Assembly: GCA_038203435.1 (NCBI GenBank) | Contig: JBBRDZ010000001.1 | Span: 30,366-94,365, forward strand | DNA: 64,000 nt | Reading direction: 5' to 3' | DNA from: Burkholderiales bacterium | GTDB taxonomy: Bacteria > Pseudomonadota > Gammaproteobacteria > Burkholderiales > Gallionellaceae | Shown here: positions 23,974-32,044 of the stretch, in pieces | Numbering within the stretch: the stretch's first letter is position 1 | Layout: the number at the start of each line of letters is the position of its first letter | Translations under genes and position numbers: made by a program | The notes under the pieces: generated by a model | What the model saw: only the letters and a program-made list of their open reading frames with translations | Told to the model about the DNA's origin: nothing | Database searches by the model: none

Positions 23974-24831
23974 AGCGAACATCCGCAAAAGTTGGAACCC
24001 GCATTATATGTAGTTGCCACGCCGATAGGAAATCTGCGTGACATCACCCTGCGTGCGCTGGAGGTGCTGGCTGGCGCAAGCGTGATCGCAGCCGAAGATA
24101 CACGTAACACCGCGCACTTGCTGACCCATCACGGGATTAGCGCAAACAGGCTGATCGCAGTACACCAGCATAACGAGCGCGGTGCGGCGGAGAAGGTCAT
24201 CTCATTGCTGCAAGCCGGGCAAAGCGTGGCTTTTGTCAGCGATGCGGGCACACCGGCAGTCAGCGATCCCGGCGCGCTGCTGGTGCAAGCGGTGCGGGCA
24301 GCGGGACTGCGTGTCATACCGATCCCCGGGGCAAGTGCCGCGATAGCGGCGATGTCTGCAGCGGGTCTGAACGATCCGCATTTTTTGTTCTACGGATTTT
24401 TGCCTAACAAATCCGCAGCCCGGTGCGCCGCGCTGCAATCGTTGGCCGCTTACCCGTGTACTCTGGTATTTTACGAGTCACCGCACCGTATCGTTGAGTG
24501 CGTTGCCGACCTGTGTGCGGTGTTGGGCGGGGAACGGCAGATCGTGCTGGCGCGCGAGATCACCAAGCTGTTCGAGACGATACATGCCTGTGCGCTGAGT
24601 GATGCTGTGACATGGCTGGAATCCGACAGCAACCAGCAGCGCGGCGAGTTCGTGGTACTGGTTTCCGGCGCGATACCTCAGCCCGGATTGTCGTCAGAGT
24701 CAATCAGCATACTATCGAAATTGCTCAACGAGTTGCCGCTCAAGCAGGCGGTGCAGCTTGCCGCACAGATCTCCGGCGCCAATCGTAACGAGCTCTACCA
24801 ACTTGCATTGAAGCTCAAAAACCCCGCGTAG
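23968..24831 (+). CDS. rsmI: 16S rRNA C1402 2'-O-methyltransferase (TTG start uncertain, alternative 23992)
   Basis: LYVVATPIGNL, SDAGTPAVSDPG, REITKLFE. Confidence 0.96.
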   Translation: MHSEHPQKLEPALYVVATPIGNLRDITLRALEVLAGASVIAAEDTRNTAHLLTHHGISANRLIAVHQHNERGAAEKVISLLQAGQSVAFVSDAGTPAVSDPGALLVQAVRAAGLRVIPIPGASAAIAAMSAAGLNDPHFLFYGFLPNKSAARCAALQSLAAYPCTLVFYESPHRIVECVADLCAVLGGERQIVLAREITKLFETIHACALSDAVTWLESDSNQQRGEFVVLVSGAIPQPGLSSESISILSKLLNELPLKQAVQLAAQISGANRNELYQLALKLKNPA

Positions 24832-24855
24832 TTTGGGGGAATCGACGTGACTTGT

Positions 24856-24884
24856 TTTACTTTCAAACAACCGTTTGATACAGT
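24856..24884 (+). promoter_or_regulatory. Putative sigma70 promoter with TetR-type operator in the spacer
   Basis: TTTACT-N17-TACAGT enclosing the palindrome TCAAAC-AACC-GTTTGA (24863-24878), upstream of the efflux operon. Confidence 0.65.
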
Positions 24885-25085
24885 GGTTGGGTGATTTGGA
24901 TTCCCAAGCAATCGGGATGAGCGGATCACTGTATTGGTTTTCTCCGGCTTTTGTGGCCAGGTCTATGCATAGCCGTTCGGCCAAGGCAACGCATGACCGT
25001 ACCTCAAGCAACAGTCATGAAGTCGCAATTTTATCGCATCAGGAGTAATCAATTGCTATTACAAAATCACATAGAGACCTACATC

Positions 25086-26216
25086 ATGACAACTCCAATC
25101 AAATCGATCATTTCTATAGCGCTGATGATGGCCGCGCTGGCCGGTTGCAGTGACAAGCCTGCTGCGGGTCCGGGATCCGGCTCGGCAATGCCGCCCGCCG
25201 AAGTGGATGTGATCACCGTCGTTCCCGGTAAAGCGACACTGACCCAGGATTTGCCCGGGCGTATCCAGGCCTATCGCACGGCGCAGGTGCGCGCGCGCGT
25301 GGCGGGGGTGGTTGAAAAAAAACTGTTTAAAGAAGGCAGCGACGTTCAGGAAGGTGATTCCCTGTTTCGCATCGACCCGCGTATATACAAAACTGCCGCA
25401 GCATCGGCCAAGGCCGATCTGGAGATCGCGCGCCAGAATGTAGAACGATACAAACCATTACTTGAAATCAAGGCGGTCAGTCAGCAGGAATTCGATCTCG
25501 CGGAAGCCAAAGCCAAGCAAGCGGAAGCTGCTGCTACGCGCGCGTCGGAAGATCTCGCATACACCACGGTTCCTGCCGCGATTTCCGGGCGCATCGGCCG
25601 CTCGCTGGTGACCGAGGGCGCATTGGTGGGGCAGGGTGAAGCCACGCTATTGGCCACCATCGAGCAGTTGGATCCCATTTACGTTAATTTCACGGAATCC
25701 GGAGCCGATTTGCTGCGCCTGCAACAGGCCGTCCAGGCCGGAACACTGAAACGCGCGGAATCGGCCAAGGTGGAATTATTGCAGGAAGACGACAGTGTTT
25801 ATCCGCATCCCGGCAAGATCTTTTTTACCGACATGGCAGTTGATCCCGGTACAGGTTCGGTGTCACTGCGTGCCGAATTTCCCAATCCCAGGCGCAATCT
25901 GTTGCCCGGCATGTTTGTGCGTATCCGTTTTCCCCAGGCTTTGGCGGTGAATGTCATGCGAGTCCCGCAGCGCGCGGTGCAAATCGGACCACAGGGTCAA
26001 TATGTCATGGTGGTCGGTGCAGAGGATAAGGTTAACCCCGTACCGGTAACAGTGGGCGACATGGCGGGAGAAGATTTCGTCATCTCCGCAGGCCTCAAGG
26101 GGGGTGAACGGGTCATCGTGAACGGTTTGCAGAAAGCGCGGCCCGGCTCTGTGGTCAAGCCGGTGCCGCTAACGGAGGATAAATCCCTCCCGGCTTCCGC
26201 AAACAACAAACAGTAA
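25086..26216 (+). CDS. RND efflux periplasmic adaptor (AcrA/MexA family lipoprotein)
   Basis: Lipobox LAGC, AQVRARVAG, ISGRIGRSLVTEG, FPNP..LLPGMFV. Confidence 0.95.
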   Translation: MTTPIKSIISIALMMAALAGCSDKPAAGPGSGSAMPPAEVDVITVVPGKATLTQDLPGRIQAYRTAQVRARVAGVVEKKLFKEGSDVQEGDSLFRIDPRIYKTAAASAKADLEIARQNVERYKPLLEIKAVSQQEFDLAEAKAKQAEAAATRASEDLAYTTVPAAISGRIGRSLVTEGALVGQGEATLLATIEQLDPIYVNFTESGADLLRLQQAVQAGTLKRAESAKVELLQEDDSVYPHPGKIFFTDMAVDPGTGSVSLRAEFPNPRRNLLPGMFVRIRFPQALAVNVMRVPQRAVQIGPQGQYVMVVGAEDKVNPVPVTVGDMAGEDFVISAGLKGGERVIVNGLQKARPGSVVKPVPLTEDKSLPASANNKQ

Positions 26217-26225
26217 GGATCCGCC

Positions 26226-29200
26226 ATGTTCGCAAAATTCTTCGTCGACCGCCCGATCTTCGCCTGGGTAATCGCGCTCATCATTTTGCTGGGCGGTGCG
26301 CTGGCACTGAAAAATCTGCCGGTCGCCCAGTACCCGTCAGTGGCACCACCGGCGCTGTCGATCTCCCTCAATTACCCGGGTGCATCGGCACAAGTCATTG
26401 AAGAATCGGCGGTGTCGCTGATAGAGCAGGAAATGAACGGCATTGAGCACCTGCTGTACATGGAATCCTCGTCCGAACTGGGAACCGGCAGTATCACGCT
26501 GACTTTTGAGGCAGGCACGAACCTTGACCTGGCCTCGGTCGAAGCGCAGAACCGCGTCAAGCGCGCCGAGCCGCGCTTGCCCGATGATGTGCGCCGGCTC
26601 GGCATCACGGTGACAAAATCGGCGCGCAATTATGTGATGTTCGTTGCGCTGTTCTCGCCGGACAAGAGCATGAACGATGTCGCGCTGGGCAGTTTTACCA
26701 CGGCCAATGTGCTTGACAGCATCCAGCGCGTGCCGGGAGTGGGCGAGGCACTGCTGTTCGGCACCGAGTACTCGATGCGCTTGTGGCTGAAGATGGACAA
26801 GCTGAAAATCTATAACCTTTCGCCCGCGGATGTGGCCAATGCCGTGCGCGCACAGAATTCCCAGCTGGCGACCGGGGAACTCGGGCAATTGCCGTCGGCA
26901 CCCGGACAACAGCTCGATGCGGTCATCGTCACCAAAAGCAGATTGTCCACGCCCGCGGAATTCGGCAACGTGATCGTGCGGACCAATCCTGACGGATCCA
27001 CGCTGCGCGTAAAGGACGTGGCGCGAGTTGAGTTGGGTGCGCAGGACTACAACCGGGCAGCACGTATCGACGGGCAACCGACTGCCGCGATCGCGGTTCG
27101 GTTGACACCCGGCGCAAACGCCCTGGATACCGTCAAGGCGGTCAGGGCCAAAATGGCGGAGCTGGCCAAATTCTTCCCCAAAGGCGTCAGTTGGGTGGTG
27201 CCCTATGACACCTCCAAGTTCATCGATATCTCCATCAGGGAGATTTTGAAAAGCCTGAGCGAAGCATTGTTGCTGGTGGTGCTGGTGATGTTTTTGTTCC
27301 TGGGGAACTGGCGCGCGACGCTGATACCCGCCATCGTCATCCCGATCGCGCTGGTGGGCGCATTGGTCGGACTGTATTTGCTCGGTTATTCCATCAACGT
27401 GTTGACGCTGTTCGCGATGGTACTGGCGATCGGTATCGTGGTGGACGATGCCATCGTGGTGGTGGAAAACGTCGAACGCATCATGACCACGGAAGGTTTG
27501 TCGCCGCGCGATGCGACGCGCAAGGCGATGGACCAGCTGGTCGCCGCGATCATCGCTATTTCCCTGGTGCTCATGGCCGTGTTCATACCGATGGCGTTCT
27601 TCCCGGGATCCACCGGGGCGATCTACCGCCAATTTGCCGTCACGCTGGTTCTGGCCATGATGTTCTCCGCGCTGATGGCGTTCACGCTGACGCCGGCACT
27701 TTGTGCGACGCTGCTCAAGCACACGCCGGGTAAAGCGCTATTGCCAACCAGCGGTGTGCTGGGCTGGTTCAACCGTTTCTTCGCGCGCACCACCACGCAT
27801 TACACCAGCGGTGTGGGCAAGATCGTCAGGAAGACCACACGGTATCTGCTGGTCTACGCAGTGATCTTTATCGCGATGGCGGGGTTGTTCAGCAAATTGC
27901 CCGGCAGTTTTTTGCCGGCAGAAGACCAGGGTTATTTCATCAATATCATACAGCTGCCGCCGGGCGCCACCCAGGAGCGCACGCTTGAGGTGCTGTCCAA
28001 AGTGGAAAAATTCTATCTCGGGCAACCTGAGATCGAACACGTGATCGGTGTGGCGGGCTTTTCATTCGTCGGGCGCGGCCAGAACGTCGGGATCGTTTTT
28101 GTGACCCTGAAGCCCTGGGATGAACGAAGCGCGGCGGGCAGTTCGTCGGTCGCGCTGGTGCGCAAAGCCAATATGGCGCTGTTTCAAATAAAGCAGGCGA
28201 TGATCTTCGCGGTCAATCCACCGCCTATTCCGGAGTTGGCGGCATTGGGTGGCTTTGACTTTCGCTTGCAGGATCGCGGCGGTGTCGGCAGGGAAAAGTT
28301 GCTGGAAGCGCGCAACATGGCGTTGGGTATGGCCTCGCAGAATCCGGTATTGGCCGGGGTCCGTCCCGAAGGTCAGGAAGCCGGACCGCAATTGTTGCTC
28401 GATATAGACCGATTGAAGGCAGAGACCCTGGGCGTATCGATTGCAGACCTCAATAGCACGTTGCAATCCACATTGGGTGTAGCCTATATCAATGATTTCA
28501 CCCGCCTGGGGCGTACCCTGCGGGTGCAGATGCAGGCGGAGTCCGGCATACGCAGCACGCCCAGGGATATATTGCGGGTGTCGGTACGCAACGACAAAGG
28601 CGATATGGTTCCCCTGTCGGAGCTTGCCAAAGTGCGCTGGACCGCCGGCTCGCCGAAGCTGGACCGTTACAATGGTCTGGCGGCGATGAAAATATCGGGC
28701 GGGCCTGCACCCGGACACAGCAGCGGCGAGGCCTCGGCGGCGATGGAGCAGATCGCGCAAAAATTACCGCAGGGCATAGGTTATGAATGGTCGGGTACCT
28801 CTTTAGAGGAGCGCCAATCGGGAGCGCAGGCCCCCTTGTTGTTCGCCATCTCGCTGGTCGTTGTGTTCCTGTGCCTGGCCGCGCTTTATGAAAGCTGGTC
28901 TATCCCGTTCGCGGTGCTGCTGGTCGTGCCGCTGGGTGTGTTTGGTGCGGTATTGGCGGTGACGCTGCGCGATTTGCCCAACGATGTTTATTTCAAGGTG
29001 GGTTTGATCGCGATCATCGGTTTGTCTTCCAAGAACGCGATTTTGATCATCGAGTTTGCACGCAGACTGCAGGACAGCGGCATGACCGCGATCGACGCCA
29101 CACTGGAAGCTTGCCGTCTGCGTTTCCGTCCGATCCTGATGACCTCGATCGCGTTCATAGCCGGGGTCGCGCCGCTGGCATTCTCGGTCGGTGCGGGCGC

Positions 29201-29360
29201 GCAAAGCCGGCATGCGATCGGTACTGGCGTGATGGGCGGTATGCTGGCAGTGACCGTGCTGGCGGTGTTTCTGGTGCCGGTGTTTTTCGTCGTGGTGAGG
29301 CGTATCTTTCCGGGGCACGCACGCCAATCGGCCGAACACGAGGAGAGCCAGCATGATTAA
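26226..29360 (+). CDS. HAE1 RND efflux permease (AcrB/MexB family)
   Basis: FFVDRPIFAWV, GIVVDDAIVVVEN, KNAILIIEFA, RFRPILMTS. Confidence 0.97.
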   Translation: MFAKFFVDRPIFAWVIALIILLGGALALKNLPVAQYPSVAPPALSISLNYPGASAQVIEESAVSLIEQEMNGIEHLLYMESSSELGTGSITLTFEAGTNLDLASVEAQNRVKRAEPRLPDDVRRLGITVTKSARNYVMFVALFSPDKSMNDVALGSFTTANVLDSIQRVPGVGEALLFGTEYSMRLWLKMDKLKIYNLSPADVANAVRAQNSQLATGELGQLPSAPGQQLDAVIVTKSRLSTPAEFGNVIVRTNPDGSTLRVKDVARVELGAQDYNRAARIDGQPTAAIAVRLTPGANALDTVKAVRAKMAELAKFFPKGVSWVVPYDTSKFIDISIREILKSLSEALLLVVLVMFLFLGNWRATLIPAIVIPIALVGALVGLYLLGYSINVLTLFAMVLAIGIVVDDAIVVVENVERIMTTEGLSPRDATRKAMDQLVAAIIAISLVLMAVFIPMAFFPGSTGAIYRQFAVTLVLAMMFSALMAFTLTPALCATLLKHTPGKALLPTSGVLGWFNRFFARTTTHYTSGVGKIVRKTTRYLLVYAVIFIAMAGLFSKLPGSFLPAEDQGYFINIIQLPPGATQERTLEVLSKVEKFYLGQPEIEHVIGVAGFSFVGRGQNVGIVFVTLKPWDERSAAGSSSVALVRKANMALFQIKQAMIFAVNPPPIPELAALGGFDFRLQDRGGVGREKLLEARNMALGMASQNPVLAGVRPEGQEAGPQLLLDIDRLKAETLGVSIADLNSTLQSTLGVAYINDFTRLGRTLRVQMQAESGIRSTPRDILRVSVRNDKGDMVPLSELAKVRWTAGSPKLDRYNGLAAMKISGGPAPGHSSGEASAAMEQIAQKLPQGIGYEWSGTSLEERQSGAQAPLLFAISLVVVFLCLAALYESWSIPFAVLLVVPLGVFGAVLAVTLRDLPNDVYFKVGLIAIIGLSSKNAILIIEFARRLQDSGMTAIDATLEACRLRFRPILMTSIAFIAGVAPLAFSVGAGAQSRHAIGTGVMGGMLAVTVLAVFLVPVFFVVVRRIFPGHARQSAEHEESQHD

Positions 29361-30798
29361 GCGGCACAACAAATCGGCACTGACCGTGCTGGCAGTCCTG
29401 CTGGGCGGCTGTTCCATGATGCCAAACTACCAACGGCCAATGGCTCCTGTAGATGCTGCATGGCCGGACAGCGTCAAATTGAAAACAACATCGACGGGCT
29501 CGCCTGGCGACTGGCAGCATTACTTCACCGACCCGCGCTTGCAGGGTTTGATTGCGGCCGCGCTGGAAAACAACCGCGACTTGCGCATTGCCACCGCACG
29601 CATCGCCGAAGCGCGTGCGCAATACGGTATACAAAGCGCCGACCGGCTGCCGAGCGTGAATCTTGCGGCGACACGCAATGCTTCCCTGACGCCTGCCGGC
29701 GCTTCAGTTTCCGGCAGTGCGATCAGTACGCAGCGTTATGATGTGGGGGCGAACCTGGTGTCCTACGAACTGGATTTCTGGGGACGGGTCAGCAGCCTGA
29801 ACGCGTCTGCCAAGGCCAGTTACCTGGCCACCGAGTCGGCGCAACAGGCGTTTCGCTTGTCGTTGATCGCCGATGTGGCGAATGCCTATCTGGCATTGCT
29901 GGAAATGCGCGAACGCACCCAACTTGCCGCTGAAACCGTCAAGGCTCGCGCCGAATCCAGGGAGTTGGTGACACGGCGTCGCGAGGCCGGCGTGTCCAGC
30001 GATTCGGATTGGTTGCAGGAGGAAGGGTCATACCAGACCGCAGCGGCTGAACTGGCCAATCTGCAGCAGCAGCAAGCTGCCGCGGAGAATCTGCTGAACC
30101 TGCTGCTGGGTGAATCGATGGTGCAGCTCAAGGATTTGCCGGCCGGACGCAGTCTGGCCGAACAGGGGATCGATTCGGAAATGTTTGGCGGTTTGCCTGC
30201 CGAGGTGTTGTTGCATCGCCCTGATGTGGTCGCCGCAGAACAACAACTGATCGCCACGAATGCCAATATCGGCGCAGCACGTGCCAATTATTTTCCGCGT
30301 ATCTCGTTGACCGGTAGCGTGGGTACGGCCAGCCGAAGTTTGTCCGGACTGTTCGACGCGGGCAGCGGTGCTTGGAGTTTCCAGCCTTCTATCATCCTGC
30401 CACTATTTGATGCAGGGCGCACTTCAGCCAGCGTCGATGTCGCCAAGGTACGCAAGCAGATCGCCGTAGCCGAATATGAGAAGACCATACAACAGGCGTT
30501 CCGCGAAGTAGCTGACCTGTTGAGCGCGCGTGACAATCTTGCCATACAGCTTGCCGCACAGCAGGCCAATGCCGACGCGCAGAAGCGACTGCTGACACTG
30601 GTCGAGGCGCGCTACAAAGCGGGTATTGTCAGTCATCTCGAGGTGCTGGATGCGCAGCGTCAGGCCTTTGCCGCCGAGCAGGGCGCGATACAGGTGCGGC
30701 GTGCCTGGTTGAGCGCGGCAACGCAACTATACAAGGCGTTGGCAGGGGAGAGCAACGACACGCCAGACAGCGCAACGCAGGAGATCAGCAGCAAATGA
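29353..30798 (+). CDS. Outer membrane efflux lipoprotein (OprM/NodT family)
   Basis: Lipobox LGGC, YELDFWGRV, RPDVVAAE, LYKAL. Confidence 0.96.
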   Translation: MIKRHNKSALTVLAVLLGGCSMMPNYQRPMAPVDAAWPDSVKLKTTSTGSPGDWQHYFTDPRLQGLIAAALENNRDLRIATARIAEARAQYGIQSADRLPSVNLAATRNASLTPAGASVSGSAISTQRYDVGANLVSYELDFWGRVSSLNASAKASYLATESAQQAFRLSLIADVANAYLALLEMRERTQLAAETVKARAESRELVTRRREAGVSSDSDWLQEEGSYQTAAAELANLQQQQAAAENLLNLLLGESMVQLKDLPAGRSLAEQGIDSEMFGGLPAEVLLHRPDVVAAEQQLIATNANIGAARANYFPRISLTGSVGTASRSLSGLFDAGSGAWSFQPSIILPLFDAGRTSASVDVAKVRKQIAVAEYEKTIQQAFREVADLLSARDNLAIQLAAQQANADAQKRLLTLVEARYKAGIVSHLEVLDAQRQAFAAEQGAIQVRRAWLSAATQLYKALAGESNDTPDSATQEISSK

Positions 30799-31439
30799 TG
30801 GCCGAGGCAGAGATCAAGACCGCCAGCGAGCAGACCCGCATGAGATTGCTGGATGCGGCGCGCGAGGTGTTTTCGGAGAACAGTTTTCAGGGTGCCACCG
30901 TGCGTGAGATATGCCGTCGTGCCGATGCCAACGTTGCTGCGGTGAACTATCATTTCGGCAGCAAGGACGGCCTGTTGGCCGAAGCTTTGAATTTTGCGCC
31001 GCTTGCGGCTTTGCAGAAAGCAAACTTTTCGGCTTCCGAGTGCCCCGAGATACGCTTGCGAATGTTCCTGCGCGACTTCATGCTGATGTTGCTGGACGAA
31101 AAGAATCCTTCGTCACAATGCCGGATCATGGCGCGCGAATTGGCCGACCCCACCCCGGCGCTGGACAAGATCGTGCGCGAAGCCATCGCGCCGCTGCATG
31201 CATTTTTAGGGAAACTGGTGCGCGAGATTGTCGGTGAAAAAACCAGTGAGGCGGAATTGCGCCGCTGCGTGCACAGCATCGTCGGCCAGTGTTTGTTCTA
31301 CCGCCATTCTCACCCGGTACTGCAGCGCCTGCATCCCAAGCTGCGCTTCGACAGCAAGGAGATCCAGGCGATCGGTGACCACATCGCGGAATTTTCTTTG
31401 GCAGGAATCAAACAACTTGATAAAGCACAGCGCCGCTGA
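30795..31439 (+). CDS. TetR regulator with CecR/DUF1956-type C-terminal domain
   Basis: HTH ATVREICRRADANVAAVNYHFGSK; RELADPTPAL, SIVGQCLFY. Confidence 0.9.
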   Translation: MMAEAEIKTASEQTRMRLLDAAREVFSENSFQGATVREICRRADANVAAVNYHFGSKDGLLAEALNFAPLAALQKANFSASECPEIRLRMFLRDFMLMLLDEKNPSSQCRIMARELADPTPALDKIVREAIAPLHAFLGKLVREIVGEKTSEAELRRCVHSIVGQCLFYRHSHPVLQRLHPKLRFDSKEIQAIGDHIAEFSLAGIKQLDKAQRR

Positions 31440-31557
31440 GTGATAACAACCGATGCCTGACTTGGCGTGCCGGTCAGGTTGATTATGTCGATTGCCGGAT
31501 GGAAAGCGGGCCAATGTTTGGGTGAACCGGCAGGAACGAACGGGTAGAATTCAACTC

Positions 31558-32022
31558 ATGAAATCAAACCGACTGGCTAGCGCCGCGCTTATCCTTTGGC
31601 TACTCACTATCGCGATATTTGCGTGGTTCTTCATACACGGGAACACCACTCCAGGCAGTGATGGCAGGACAGTGATCAGGCTGCAACCGGCAGAACGCGA
31701 GCTGGTATTGTCGGAAATGCGCGGCCTGCTGGCCTCTACGCAGGGGATACTGGAGGGAGCCAACCAGAACGATGTGCCACGCATCATCGAAGCGGCGCGC
31801 GCGGCAGGCATGGCGGGAACAGCCGATGTCAACCCTGCGATGATGGCTAAACTCCCCCTCGAATTCAAAGCGCTGGGCATGGGTGTACACCACGACATGG
31901 ATGCGATCGCCAAAGCCGCAGAGGGGGGGAAACCGCCGGCGGAACTGTTGAAAATGGCTTCGAACACACTAACCAAATGTGTTGCCTGCCACGCAGTTTG
32001 GCAGATCAAAGCAGATAGGTGA
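31558..32022 (+). CDS. Membrane-anchored monoheme cytochrome c (helical-bundle, class II-like)
   Basis: N-terminal hydrophobic helix, mostly helical sequence, single C-terminal CVACH. Confidence 0.8.
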   Translation: MKSNRLASAALILWLLTIAIFAWFFIHGNTTPGSDGRTVIRLQPAERELVLSEMRGLLASTQGILEGANQNDVPRIIEAARAAGMAGTADVNPAMMAKLPLEFKALGMGVHHDMDAIAKAAEGGKPPAELLKMASNTLTKCVACHAVWQIKADR

Positions 32023-32044
32023 TCGGGAGATTGCGGGCGATACG

